NCBI GenBank assembly: GCA_018692915.1
Contig: JABHLG010000006.1
Coordinates: 5,627-69,626 of the forward strand
Direction of reading: 5' to 3'
Source: Candidatus Woesearchaeota archaeon
Lineage (GTDB): Archaea; Nanobdellota; Nanobdellia; UBA10117; JABICX01
Length of the DNA stretch: 64,000 nucleotides
The translations under genes were made by a program, and so were the position numbers. The notes beneath the pieces were generated by a model. That model searched no databases, had not been told where the DNA came from, and saw only the letters and a list, made by a program, of their open reading frames with translations. Positions 1 through 9,571 of the stretch are shown one piece after another (the stretch's first letter is position 1; each line of letters starts with the position of its first letter).

Positions 1-2
1 AA

Positions 3-470
3 AGTAAGAAGTTTGTTTCTGGATTAGCAGACCACTCTGAGCAAGTTATTAAGTATCATACTGCAAATCACTTGCTTTTAGCAGCTCTGCAAAAGGTTTT
101 AGGGCCAAAAGTTACTCAAAAAGGAAGCAATTTGACTGCTGAAAGACTTAGGTTCGACTTTAATTGGCCAGAAAAGATGACACCCGAGCAGCTAAAAAAG
201 ACAGAAGATTGGGTAAATAAATGGATTAAACAAGATACAAAAGTCACAATGTGCGAGATGTCAGTTGCAGATGCTAAGAAATCAGGTGCAACAGGTGCTT
301 TTGAGCATAAATATGGTGCAAAAGTTAAAGTTTATACTATTGGAGCAGTCTCAAAAGAGATGTGTTTAGGGCCTCATGTAGCTAATACAAGCACATTAGG
401 TCATCTAAGAATTATTAAGGAAAAATCAAGTTCTGCAGGAGTTCGTAGGATTAAAGCTGTTCTAGATTAG
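3..470 (+). CDS. alaS: Alanyl-tRNA synthetase, C-terminal editing (second additional) domain; 5' end lies outside the window
   Basis: Frame open from the window edge. HTANHLL and CLGPH zinc motifs (HxxxH / CxxxH) and GVRRIKAV are collinear with the AlaRS/AlaX editing domain. Confidence 0.8.
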   Translation, partial: SKKFVSGLADHSEQVIKYHTANHLLLAALQKVLGPKVTQKGSNLTAERLRFDFNWPEKMTPEQLKKTEDWVNKWIKQDTKVTMCEMSVADAKKSGATGAFEHKYGAKVKVYTIGAVSKEMCLGPHVANTSTLGHLRIIKEKSSSAGVRRIKAVLD

Positions 471-1328
471 TTATTTATGCATAGCTTCTCTTTGTAGGAG
501 AAGAATATCTTCTGTTGTAAGTTTCTTTTTGCTTTTAAGTTTCTCTTTAACTGCTTCTGTTTTTTTATGTATTAATTCATAGCCTTTTCTAGCAGTTCTT
601 AATACAACTTTGTCTGCTAATCCAGACCAGTCTTTGAGTATCTTACTTAATTTATGATTCATGTGACCAATTTGAACTTTAATGTTCTTTAGAATTAATT
701 GAACTGTATTTCTTTTTGCTTTGATGTCAGCAATGTCCTTTGATAATTTAGTTAATTCTTCAAATATTTGAGAGCTTTCAGTTGCTAATTTTTGGATTTC
801 TGCATGCATTTTATCTGCTTTGATTTTAAGGTCTTTAGCATTTCTATAATCAGAATCAGAGCCTCTTAAACTCTCTTCGTAAGCAATACTTTTCTTTAAT
901 TCAGATTTTACTCTTTTAATTTGGTCCATAGCTTGTTTTTCTTTTTTAAAGCTTAGAACTTCAATCTGCATGTTGTATTCCATATCTTTAATCTGCTTTC
1001 TTAGGTTGCTAGATGGTGTAATATTCTCTCTGCTTGTCTTTCTGTCTTTTTTTGTTTTTCTTACATTTGCAAGAGTCTCATTGTATAATTTATTAGCATC
1101 TTCACGTTCAGATTTAAGTTTGTGTATATTTTTATCTACGTCATGTTTTTTATCTTTAAGTTCTTTAGCTTTGCTAATTAAAGAATTAAGTTGTTTGTCT
1201 AGACTGTTTTTCTGCTTGTAATGTTCTTCTTTTTGTCCACCAAATTCTTTAAGTTTAGAACTAATTATTTGAATTTCTCTTTTTAGTGATTCAACTTTTT
1301 GTTCTATTTCCACATTACTTTCTTTCAC
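471..1328 (-). CDS. Coiled-coil protein (archaeal COG1340-like)
   Basis: 285-aa ORF with a GTG start. K/E/L-rich heptad-like sequence throughout. Position and composition resemble the conserved archaeal coiled-coil protein family. Confidence 0.5.
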   Translation of the reverse strand: MKESNVEIEQKVESLKREIQIISSKLKEFGGQKEEHYKQKNSLDKQLNSLISKAKELKDKKHDVDKNIHKLKSEREDANKLYNETLANVRKTKKDRKTSRENITPSSNLRKQIKDMEYNMQIEVLSFKKEKQAMDQIKRVKSELKKSIAYEESLRGSDSDYRNAKDLKIKADKMHAEIQKLATESSQIFEELTKLSKDIADIKAKRNTVQLILKNIKVQIGHMNHKLSKILKDWSGLADKVVLRTARKGYELIHKKTEAVKEKLKSKKKLTTEDILLLQREAMHK

Positions 1329-1356
1329 TTTTGCATCTCCCTTGTTGTTGGAGTAT

Positions 1357-1440
1357 TGCGAGGTTTCCCTCGCAAAACACTAATTTTTATTCTCTATTGA
1401 AAATCAAAGATTTTCAATTCCGCAAATTGTATAACAATTA
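1357..1440. repeat. Two-hairpin intergenic element related to the hairpin-element family
   Basis: Hairpin tgcgagg-tttc-cctcgca (1357..1374) and hairpin attgaaaatc-aaa-gattttcaat (1396..1418). The second shares gaaaatcaaagattttc with 51133..51149. The tail gcaaattgtataacaatt resembles the right arm of the other copies. Confidence 0.4.
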
Positions 1441-1443
1441 GCG

Positions 1444-1746
1444 TTATCCGAATAAAGCACCTAATCCAGCAGCAGCTTCTTCATTGTTTTCTTCTTTCTT
1501 TTCTTCCTTTGGTTCTTCAGCTGGAGCTTCACTTGATGGTGCAGCAGCGCCGGCAGCAGGAGCAGCAGCAATAGTTGTTTCAGCTAGGACTTTTTCTATG
1601 TCAACGTCCTTTAATGCTGTTACAGTTGCTTTCACTCTTGCATCGTCAACTTTAACGCCTGCAGCAGTTAGTGTCTTTTTTAAGTTCTCGTCATTTATTG
1701 TCTGCCCTGCTTTGTGCAGTAACAGAGCACCGTATAGATATTCCAT
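1444..1746 (-). CDS. rpl12: Ribosomal stalk protein P1 (L12e)
   Basis: MEYLYGALLLH N-terminus, Ala/Glu-rich hinge, and the conserved C-terminal peptide AAAGLGALFG. Confidence 0.9.
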   Translation of the reverse strand: MEYLYGALLLHKAGQTINDENLKKTLTAAGVKVDDARVKATVTALKDVDIEKVLAETTIAAAPAAGAAAPSSEAPAEEPKEEKKEENNEEAAAGLGALFG

Positions 1747-1748
1747 TT

Positions 1749-2717
1749 CTATTGGCCTCCTTGATTGTCATCTTTTGTCTCCGCAGGAGTTTCCTCTTTT
1801 GGAGCTGATTCAACTTCATTATCTGAAGTTTCAGATGATTCTGATTGTTCCTCTTTAACTAGTGCGTCAGGAACTTTTTCTTTTAATGTAGCAGCTTGAG
1901 ATTCTGCTTTCTTAAGTAAATGCTCTTTTGTTTCATCACATAAAATATCTGCACCAAATGCTAATTTCTTTGCATCAGTGTGAGCTTCTTGTAATTTGAT
2001 TGTAACTGTTTCTGGTGTAAGAATGTTTGCACCAAGAGCTAGTTTCTTAGCATTTAAGATTGCTTGTTTAAGATTATCTGTGTATTCATCAATATCGATA
2101 TTAAGAACACTGCGCTTGTATACTTCACCATTTTCTACAGCAACAACTAAGTTTAGACCAATTTTCATTGGTTTAATATCTAAACGTGCTAATATTGCAG
2201 CAGCAGCAGCAGGTACTGGTTCACCTTCTTTAACAACTAATGAGTCTTTTTTAACTACAACTTTTCCACCATCGATTCCAGCAACAATATTTGCTGCACC
2301 TAAATCTCCAATAATTGGTCCTGGTGCAAATGGTGTTGGACCTGCTTTAACCCAAATATCTTCCGGCGCAATTTGTCCAGTTTTTGCTGGAGCATCAGTC
2401 ATGTTATCTTTAAGAATTTTAAATAATTCAAATGCATTTTTATTTGTTAAAATAAGTGCAGGCATTCCTTGAATATATTCTCTGATTTGTTTTAGTTCTT
2501 CTTTTCCACATTTGTCTAAAGCTAATTTAATTAATCTTTTTCTTGTTACAATTATTTCAGCATGCTCTTTAATTTTAGAGCGTATAACTTGACTTTGTCT
2601 ACTAGGGAGATTTTCTAAATTAATAACTGCAATCGTTTTGTATTTTGGAAGTTCCTTGATAATATTATTTACCATATCTTTCTTCCAAGGTTGAACATGT
2701 GCTGTGTGCTCTGCCAT
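1749..2717 (-). CDS. rpl10: Ribosomal stalk protein P0 (uL10)
   Basis: 322 aa with typical P0 N-terminal and insertion domains. Sits in the L1-P0-P1 operon order. Acidic tail is present. Confidence 0.9.
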   Translation of the reverse strand: MAEHTAHVQPWKKDMVNNIIKELPKYKTIAVINLENLPSRQSQVIRSKIKEHAEIIVTRKRLIKLALDKCGKEELKQIREYIQGMPALILTNKNAFELFKILKDNMTDAPAKTGQIAPEDIWVKAGPTPFAPGPIIGDLGAANIVAGIDGGKVVVKKDSLVVKEGEPVPAAAAAILARLDIKPMKIGLNLVVAVENGEVYKRSVLNIDIDEYTDNLKQAILNAKKLALGANILTPETVTIKLQEAHTDAKKLAFGADILCDETKEHLLKKAESQAATLKEKVPDALVKEEQSESSETSDNEVESAPKEETPAETKDDNQGGQ

Positions 2718-3364
2718 TATATTTTAATTGGAGCCCCCATAGTTGTTTTGATTAGAATGTTTTTGATATTAGCGTTTTTTCTTGGAAGTGAGTTTTCAAT
2801 TTGGTCTATTGCAAATAATATATTTTCTGCAAGTTTTTCATCATCCATTTTTTCATCACCTATTCTGCAACTTGCGATAGGCATTTTTGATATCATGATT
2901 TTTGAAGTATTTTTTAATTTCTTAACAATTGGGTCTAAGTTTAAGTTTGGAGGAACGATTTGTCCACCTTTTGGATTTGGCATTTTACCAATTGGACCAA
3001 AATACTTACCAAAAACCTGTGCGATTTGAGGCATTATGTTTGCTTGACCAATAAAGAAATCATATTTTCTAGCTAATTTTCTAACTTTTCTTGCGTCTTT
3101 GTATTCTGGAAAATTATCTGTGAAAACAACATTATCGCATGCAGATACATTTGTCTTCATTTCTTGACCAACTAAAGCACATACTGTTGCGTCTTTTCCT
3201 CGGCCATGTGGTAATGTAATAAAGTCATCTATTTTTGCTTCTTTTTTAATATCAAATTCTTTTAGATTTATAATTAAGTCAAATGATTGAGAAAACTTTC
3301 GTTCTTTTGATTTTTCTCTAGCTAGTTTTATCGCTTCAAGGATTTTTTGTTTATTTGCTGCCAT
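2717..3364 (-). CDS. rpl1: Ribosomal protein uL1
   Basis: MAANKQKILEAIKLAREKSKERKFSQSFDLIINLK... is a typical L1 N-terminus. I prefer the internal ATG at 3364 over the ORF-track start at 3394. Confidence 0.9.
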   Translation of the reverse strand: MAANKQKILEAIKLAREKSKERKFSQSFDLIINLKEFDIKKEAKIDDFITLPHGRGKDATVCALVGQEMKTNVSACDNVVFTDNFPEYKDARKVRKLARKYDFFIGQANIMPQIAQVFGKYFGPIGKMPNPKGGQIVPPNLNLDPIVKKLKNTSKIMISKMPIASCRIGDEKMDDEKLAENILFAIDQIENSLPRKNANIKNILIKTTMGAPIKI

Positions 3365-3462
3365 TTTAAGATTGCCATAATAGAAGGTCAACAATTCAAT
3401 TGTCGGCTGACGCCTTCTGCTAAAGCAGTGATTGAAACTTCCAATATGCTTTTATAAATGTT

Positions 3463-3930
3463 GTGGTATCTGTATTTATGCCTACAAAGACGCTGAATTA
3501 CAAGCCATTTTTAGGATTTGTATTATCATATTCTTTACTTTTTTATTTCTTAGGACATCTTGACGCTATGCATAATGTTGAGGTAGTAGATGATTTTTAT
3601 TTTGGCTTTCTTACATTAATAGGATTATTTGTATTTCTAAGTATGATATCTACATATAAGCTTTTTGAGAGTAAATTCTTGAATTTTAATGAATTTGTGT
3701 TATTCTCAGGATTTGGAACATTAATTTTACCTATTTCAGTTTGGGGTTTGGCATGGATTAGCTGGTTTTCAATGAAGACAGGTAATTTGACTTTATGGAA
3801 AATTGGTATTATAAAAATAAGTATTCCATGGGCTTGGTTTATTCCATTTCATATATTTATGACCTTACTATTTGTAATTGTAACTTCGCTTATCGTGTAT
3901 AAAAAATTACATCTTAAGAGAGTAAGTTAA
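3463..3930 (+). CDS. Hypothetical multi-pass membrane protein
   Basis: 155-aa ORF with 4-5 hydrophobic segments. No recognisable motif. Confidence 0.4.
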   Translation: MVSVFMPTKTLNYKPFLGFVLSYSLLFYFLGHLDAMHNVEVVDDFYFGFLTLIGLFVFLSMISTYKLFESKFLNFNEFVLFSGFGTLILPISVWGLAWISWFSMKTGNLTLWKIGIIKISIPWAWFIPFHIFMTLLFVIVTSLIVYKKLHLKRVS

Positions 3931-6009
3931 ACTATCTAATATTTTTTCTTCTTCATCTGTTTCAACTTTAAAGAAAGGTAGCCAGCAATCTTTCTTAGAA
4001 TTGATTTTTATACCAAATGCGTTTAGGAAACTTTGTATTTGAGAATATTTTACTTTAGAAGCCATTTTTTCAGCAACAGGCAAATCCATATATTTTGGCT
4101 TTTGAGTAAAAGATATTTTCTGAAAGTTTGCCAGCATAGAGGTATTACTTGTCACTTTATTACCTGAAATGTTTAATATTTTCATTCTAGCTAAAGAACT
4201 TACTATACCTGAAACTTCATTAAAACCAAGACCTGTTTTTACAAAAAGGTCTGAGACTGTTGTTTGAGATGTTTCATTAATTATATCTAATACTTTTTTT
4301 TGTATTGGCGATAAGTTAGCCACATTTGTAGGTAGTCGTATTGTTGATAATTTATTTGTTAAGGAGAATATTTGAAAATTATTCATGTCAAATAATATAT
4401 CAAAATTATTTTTGGCAGAAGAGCAGCTTGCTAAAAGACACGGACGTAAAATTACAGATATGTTTTTTATTTTAGATTTCTCAAGAGTTTCAATTTCTTT
4501 TATACCGATTTTAGGCTCTAATATGTACGCTGATTTCTTAGCAATACTTTTCTTAGCAATTGGTTTAGAAATATTGGAGGACTCTACAGATTTACTTGGT
4601 TTGTAATCCTTTACTGATTTCTTTAAATCAAATGTTTTTGCTCGACCTCCATGCTGGCTTCGTCTAACTCTTATGTCAACAAAAATTGGATAATCTGTTG
4701 CTCCAATTAATAATGCTTTACCAACAGGAAGGTTTCGTATTTCTCTTTCAGTTTCACCAGTTATACCTTCAAATGAATTTGAAATTGCTTTTAAGTCCCC
4801 CGGATTTGATACTTGCATTGCAATTTGACTTGTGCACTGGCTTAAAACCGATTTGTCAACTCTAGCAGGTCTTTGAGATATAACACATAATCCAAGACCG
4901 AATTTTCTTCCTTCTGCAGCAATTGTTCGAATAATTGAAGAAGATTTAGCTTCACCATATCCTCTTTCTGGACAAAAGTTGTGCGCTTCTTCTATGATTA
5001 AAAAAAATGGAGGAATTTCATCACGTTTACGTTTTTCAAAAAGTTCTGTTAATAATGATTTTACCGCAATCTGCTGAAGCTCGGGAGGTGAACCTTTAAG
5101 ATTTACAATTGAAAGTCTATTTGGTCGTATAAATTCTGAAACAGCTGTTGGGCTAAATGAAAATAAATTTGTTTTCATTAATTGTTGAAGTCCAGATATT
5201 ATGTTCCATTTTGCATTTGATTCAATAATATTTAATTCATCAACAATATCTTGAAATCCTATTTTTGATTTACTTTCCTCAAGTATATTTATCGTATTAT
5301 GAATTAATCCAGTTTGACCAGAGGATATTTTGAATGGCATAGCTTGAATTATACCATAAGCATCTTGCGGAACTTCAAGTTTTAATTGTGATGCTTCAGG
5401 ATTTACCTCTGTATTAATTGTAAACTCTTTTACAATATCTGCAAAACCTTTTGGTGTAACTCTATAATTTTTGAAATATTTTACATCATCTTTACTTGTA
5501 TTTGGATATTTAATATCTGAATATTCTCCGTGTGGGTCAATAACAACACAAGGCACACCATAGCTAGCAAGTTCTTCTAGTAAAACACCAATTGTATAAG
5601 ATTTACCACCACCACTTTTTGCTAAGACTGCTAAGTGTTTTGTAATAATTTTCTTTGGGTCAATAAATGCTTTTAGATTGTCTTTACCTTCTAAAAAACC
5701 CAGATATAATCCTTCTTTTTTAATTCCAATTATATTTGAAATGTAATAATCATTTGCAGTAAAAATTTGCGTTCCAGGTGCTAAAGGTGTTCTTGGTTTT
5801 CTAAGTAAACCTCTATCGTTTCGATAACCAACAATTGCACAAATAGCCGTTGTGTGCTGACCTGCTTCAATTTCAAGAACTTGAGATAAAACAGGACCAA
5901 TCTCTGCATGGTTTGCTACGATATAGTCCCATTTCTTGACAGGATTTTCTACTTTAAATCTAAAATCGTGAGTAGTAGTTCTACCGTAAATAACTCCAAG
6001 TGGTTTCAT
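3907..6009 (-). CDS. herA: HerA-like (DUF87/FtsK-HerA superfamily) ATPase with a C-terminal extension of about 230 aa
   Basis: N-terminal HAS-barrel-like region. Walker A is LAKSGGGKSYT and Walker B is FFLIIEEAHNF. The extra C-terminal region contains a wHTH-like segment (LSPIQKKVLDIINETSQTTVSDL...SSLARMKIL). Confidence 0.75.
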   Translation of the reverse strand: MKPLGVIYGRTTTHDFRFKVENPVKKWDYIVANHAEIGPVLSQVLEIEAGQHTTAICAIVGYRNDRGLLRKPRTPLAPGTQIFTANDYYISNIIGIKKEGLYLGFLEGKDNLKAFIDPKKIITKHLAVLAKSGGGKSYTIGVLLEELASYGVPCVVIDPHGEYSDIKYPNTSKDDVKYFKNYRVTPKGFADIVKEFTINTEVNPEASQLKLEVPQDAYGIIQAMPFKISSGQTGLIHNTINILEESKSKIGFQDIVDELNIIESNAKWNIISGLQQLMKTNLFSFSPTAVSEFIRPNRLSIVNLKGSPPELQQIAVKSLLTELFEKRKRDEIPPFFLIIEEAHNFCPERGYGEAKSSSIIRTIAAEGRKFGLGLCVISQRPARVDKSVLSQCTSQIAMQVSNPGDLKAISNSFEGITGETEREIRNLPVGKALLIGATDYPIFVDIRVRRSQHGGRAKTFDLKKSVKDYKPSKSVESSNISKPIAKKSIAKKSAYILEPKIGIKEIETLEKSKIKNISVILRPCLLASCSSAKNNFDILFDMNNFQIFSLTNKLSTIRLPTNVANLSPIQKKVLDIINETSQTTVSDLFVKTGLGFNEVSGIVSSLARMKILNISGNKVTSNTSMLANFQKISFTQKPKYMDLPVAEKMASKVKYSQIQSFLNAFGIKINSKKDCWLPFFKVETDEEEKILDSLTYSLKM

Positions 6010-6063
6010 AATATAATATCTACTGCGAATTGTTTTTAAGAAGTTATAGCTTGTTGTATATAA

Positions 6064-6621
6064 TTAGGCTCGGATTATTTTTCCGTCTTTGATGATGCGA
6101 GATGGCTTTCTTTTATGTAACAGACCTGCATCTAGAACAATATCAACCTTACCTGAAAATATTTTATATGCTTCTCTTGAAGAATATATTTCAGGATTTC
6201 TAGCGATGTTTGCAGAAGTTGATATTATTGGTTCTTCAAATTTCTTTAGTAATTTTCGAGCAATAGGATTTGATGTAATTCTAAAAGCAAAATCTGGACC
6301 AATCCATTCTGGCCAGATTTCTTTTCGTTTAGATATTATTGTTGTTGGCTCTCTTGAGCGAGTTAGTTCTCTTTCTTCTTTAGTTACATTTCCATATTTT
6401 TCAGCTTGTCTGATGTTAGAACACAGAACTAAATATCCCGTTGCATTTACTCGTTTTTTGATTTTAGTTATTTTTTCAACAGACTCTTTATTAAATGGAT
6501 TACATCCAATTCCATAGCAAGTTTCAGTTGGATATATAACTAAGCCGCCTTGTTTCAGAACTTCTGCAGCTTTCTTAATATTAGTTAGGTTGGGTTTTAG
6601 TAATTCAGTTTTCATAGCCAT
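6064..6621 (-). CDS. tsaC: L-threonylcarbamoyladenylate synthase (Sua5/YrdC/TsaC family)
   Basis: VIYPTETCYGIGCNP and ISTSANI motifs. Overlaps kae1 by 10 nt, giving an operon for t6A synthesis. Confidence 0.85.
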   Translation of the reverse strand: MAMKTELLKPNLTNIKKAAEVLKQGGLVIYPTETCYGIGCNPFNKESVEKITKIKKRVNATGYLVLCSNIRQAEKYGNVTKEERELTRSREPTTIISKRKEIWPEWIGPDFAFRITSNPIARKLLKKFEEPIISTSANIARNPEIYSSREAYKIFSGKVDIVLDAGLLHKRKPSRIIKDGKIIRA

Positions 6622-7589
6622 GTAACGTCAACATCATCTGTTCTCCAGTGTTGATTAATTGCAGTGTCTTTCATTTTATAATTAGCTTTTTGTTCTAGAA
6701 TTCCTTGCCAAGCAATCATTGCACCATTATCTCCTGCAAGAGCCATTGGAACAACCGCGAATTTTACACCACGCTCTTTTGACATGATTTTTAACATTTC
6801 TTGAAGTCGAGAGTTTGCAGCAACTCCACCAGTTAGAAGAATTTCGTTTTTGTTAATGTGTGCAATTGCTCGTTCTGTTGCTTCTGTTAGCTCTGCAAAA
6901 ACAGTTTCTTGCGCAGAGAAACATAAATCTTCTGTCTTGTGTTTTCCAGTTTGAACTAATTGATTAATTTTAGTTTGAATTCCTGAAAAAGCAAAATCCA
7001 TTCCTTTGATTGTGTAAGGCAATTCGATGTAGTTCTTACCCTTTTTTGCAAGTTTATCTATTGTTGGACCTGCAGGAAATCCCATTCCCATTGACCTGCC
7101 AATTACATCAATGAAATTTCCAACACCGATGTCGAGAGTTTCGCCAAAAACCCTGTATCTGCCAGACGCAAGAGCAAGAATTTGTGTGTTTGCTCCAGAT
7201 ACATAAAGCGTAATTGGGTCTTTAAATCCAGAAGTTAGTTTTCCAATTTCAATATGTGCAATACAATGATTTACTCCAATTAGTGGAACTTTCAAAAGGC
7301 TTGCAAGTGAGCGAGCAGCAACTGCTCCAACTCTCAAACATGCGCCAAGTCCAGGACCTTGTGCAAATGCAACTATATCAATATCTTTTGGTTTAATTTT
7401 AGCAGTTTTCAAAGCTCTGTCAAGGACAAACTGATACATAAGAACATGATGTTGGGCAGCTTTGCTTGGATGAATTCCACCTTTTTCAGTTGTAAAATTA
7501 GATTTCTCATTAGCTAACACTTTTCCTTTCTCATTAACTATTCCAATTCCAAGTGTATGTGCTGTTGATTCTATTCCCAGACATATCAT
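6612..7589 (-). CDS. kae1: tRNA N6-adenosine threonylcarbamoyltransferase Kae1
   Basis: MICLGIESTAHTLGIGIV, NHCIAHIE and GGVAANSRL motifs of Kae1/TsaD. No Bud32 fusion. Confidence 0.9.
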   Translation of the reverse strand: MICLGIESTAHTLGIGIVNEKGKVLANEKSNFTTEKGGIHPSKAAQHHVLMYQFVLDRALKTAKIKPKDIDIVAFAQGPGLGACLRVGAVAARSLASLLKVPLIGVNHCIAHIEIGKLTSGFKDPITLYVSGANTQILALASGRYRVFGETLDIGVGNFIDVIGRSMGMGFPAGPTIDKLAKKGKNYIELPYTIKGMDFAFSGIQTKINQLVQTGKHKTEDLCFSAQETVFAELTEATERAIAHINKNEILLTGGVAANSRLQEMLKIMSKERGVKFAVVPMALAGDNGAMIAWQGILEQKANYKMKDTAINQHWRTDDVDVTWL

Positions 7590-7590
7590 A

Positions 7591-8511
7591 TTAAAAATTA
7601 ACTAAAAGAGGTAATAAAACTGTTGCGTCTCCTTCGATTGTGATATGTTTTGCTTTTTCTGTAATTTTTCCCCAAGAGATTGCTTCTTTTGTTCTTGCGC
7701 CACTAAGAGAGCCATCTGATTCTGGAGCTGTTGTGATTTGAACTGCATAATCAAGTCCACCACGGAATTGATTCCACCATATAACATGATGCTTTGAGAT
7801 TCCACCACCAAGCATTAATGCTCCGCTCTTTTTTGCTTCGAAAACAAGGTTTGCTAGCTCTTGCTCATCTTCAAATAAGTTGATTTTAAAATCTCTATGG
7901 TTTTGCCAGAACATCCATAACTGACTGCCCCATGAACCATCCATTGGTCCTGGAATGAAAACTGGAATTTTGTTTTTCCAAGCCCAGTAAAGTATGCTTT
8001 CTTCTTTGTTTTTGTGTTTTGAAATTGCTTCGCCAAAGGCCCAAACTAAATCACGAGTTGACCATTCTTTTTTTTGCTTGTATAGTTTTTCTAAAATTGG
8101 CAAAACATTATTTTCAAGAACTTCACCATAACATTCATTTGGAACAAAGACATTTCCTAGTCTGTTGATTCCTTGTTTGTGTAGTTCTTTATCATCTGCA
8201 TCAAATCTACCTTGACAATAGAACTTCCAAAGTCTTGCTAAATCATGGTCTAAAGTTCCACAAGTTGTAATCAGAACATCAACTTGTTTGTTCTTGACCA
8301 TGTCTTTGATTATTCCACGAGTTCCAGTTGCACAAATGCATGCAGGAAATGAAAAGAATACTTTGCAGTCTTTATCTTTCTGCATATCTTGCCATATTCC
8401 AGCGCCATCACCAAGCTTCTTTGCTGTAAATCCACCTGCTTGTGAGAATTGTTTGATAAGTTCTGCTATCTTTGTGTTCTTATTTATGCTCAAGTCTTTT
8501 ACTTTCTTCAT
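7591..8511 (-). CDS. dys: Deoxyhypusine synthase
   Basis: 306 aa. LGGGISKHHV and TAPESDGSLSGA blocks are typical of DHS. Confidence 0.9.
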   Translation of the reverse strand: MKKVKDLSINKNTKIAELIKQFSQAGGFTAKKLGDGAGIWQDMQKDKDCKVFFSFPACICATGTRGIIKDMVKNKQVDVLITTCGTLDHDLARLWKFYCQGRFDADDKELHKQGINRLGNVFVPNECYGEVLENNVLPILEKLYKQKKEWSTRDLVWAFGEAISKHKNKEESILYWAWKNKIPVFIPGPMDGSWGSQLWMFWQNHRDFKINLFEDEQELANLVFEAKKSGALMLGGGISKHHVIWWNQFRGGLDYAVQITTAPESDGSLSGARTKEAISWGKITEKAKHITIEGDATVLLPLLVNF

Positions 8512-8558
8512 ATAATATGCTGTAGAATTCGTTTTAAAGGTTAACTGTTTATCATTTT

Positions 8559-8897
8559 ATGTTAGAACATGAATCTCTTGATAAACGAGTTGAACAATAT
8601 GAACAAAGAAGTATTGAACAAGTTGAGCAATATGAACAAACAAGTATTGCAAGTCATGAAGAAAATCAGCGTGATATTAAAGTAGCCGGTATCGAGACAA
8701 AAAGTAAGTTAGAAGCAATTGCAGATAATACAGGTGCTTGTGCAAAAGGTTTTAATTTAATGGAAAAGCAAACAGGACAATGGGCCGATTCTCAGCAAGA
8801 TATTAATAATTTATTAAAAACAGCTATTGCTGGCGGAGTTGTTATTTTAGGTATTGGATTATATGTTAATCTAAAATTATATGGAATTATTCCTTAA
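8559..8897 (+). CDS. Hypothetical protein with a C-terminal TM anchor
   Basis: 112-aa ORF. Contains the tandem peptide repeat VEQYEQ(R/T)SI. C-terminal hydrophobic helix [12 protein letters not shown]. Confidence 0.3.
   Translation: MLEHESLDKRVEQYEQRSIEQVEQYEQTSIASHEENQRDIKVAGIETKSKLEAIADNTGACAKGFNLMEKQTGQWADSQQDINNLLKTAIAGGVVILGIGLYVNLKLYGIIP
8589..8654 (+). repeat. Tandem 33-nt repeat (2 copies) inside a CDS
   Basis: gttgaacaatatgaacaaagaagtattgaacaa followed by gttgagcaatatgaacaaacaagtattgcaagt. Confidence 0.8.
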
Positions 8898-9097
8898 GCT
8901 TGTTTCTTGAATTCAGTAAATCCACATTTACCGCAATGGAATCTGTCTTTGTGTTCAGCCATGAAAATAGCTAATCCACATTTTGGACATTCTCTTTTAT
9001 TCTTTTTTCCATTTACATAGTAGTGTGCTTTGATTGTTGATTTTGAAGGTTTTCTTTGTTTCTTACCCTTTACATTCGATTTTTTTACATTTCCCAT
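8894..9097 (-). CDS. rps27ae: Ribosomal protein S27ae (eS31)
   Basis: Zinc ribbon CPKCG...CGKCG in a small basic protein, adjacent to S24e as in most archaea. Confidence 0.85.
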   Translation of the reverse strand: MGNVKKSNVKGKKQRKPSKSTIKAHYYVNGKKNKRECPKCGLAIFMAEHKDRFHCGKCGFTEFKKQA

Positions 9098-9159
9098 AAA
9101 ACTTTTACAAAAGTTTCATCAAAAACTTGTTTGCTATGCAAACAAAGCCTTCGGCAAAA

Positions 9160-9567
9160 CTATTGGTTACCTCCTTCTTGCTCTTCAGCAGACACCTCAG
9201 CTTTTGGTTCTTCCTTTTTCTCTTCAGCTGGTTTTTCTTCTGGCTTAGCTTCAGCAACAGGTGCTGGAGCAGCTTCCGTTTCTTTCTTTGGTTTTGGAGT
9301 GTTTCGTTTAACAATATATTTTGGTTCTTTTCTTTCTAATTCTTCTTTTGATTTGTAAACATGTGCTAATCCTCTAATTGAATCTTTACCAAATTCAGAA
9401 TCTATGCTAATGATTGCGATTGTTTCAGCTTTGTGCCCGATTTTTGCAGCGATTAAGTCACTAGTTTCTTGTCGTGTTGGGGTTGCGCCAGTTCCAGTTG
9501 CTTTGAATGTGATATCTTCTCTATCAAAAAGTGCGTTTTTATTCTGTTTTATAATTTTAAAATCCAT
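9160..9567 (-). CDS. rps24e: Ribosomal protein S24e with a K/E/P/A-rich C-terminal tail
   Basis: MDFKIIKQNKNALFDREDITF...GLAHVYKSKEEL core. An extra low-complexity tail of about 35 aa follows. Confidence 0.85.
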   Translation of the reverse strand: MDFKIIKQNKNALFDREDITFKATGTGATPTRQETSDLIAAKIGHKAETIAIISIDSEFGKDSIRGLAHVYKSKEELERKEPKYIVKRNTPKPKKETEAAPAPVAEAKPEEKPAEEKKEEPKAEVSAEEQEGGNQ

Positions 9568-9571
9568 GTTC

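Noticed and set aside
970-3029. ORF-track entries antisense to the coiled-coil gene and the stalk operon (970..1221, 1484..1858, 1996..2472, 2691..3029). Similar shadows occur elsewhere (4385..4606, 6089..6517, 9030..9339, 13384..13839, 20508..20786, 35667..36185, 40613..41296, 52860..53255, 58615..58911, 59975..60362).
   Set aside because: They lie entirely inside, and antisense to, ORFs with strong homology signatures. Their translations are low-complexity S/F/L-rich, typical of shadow frames in AT-rich DNA.
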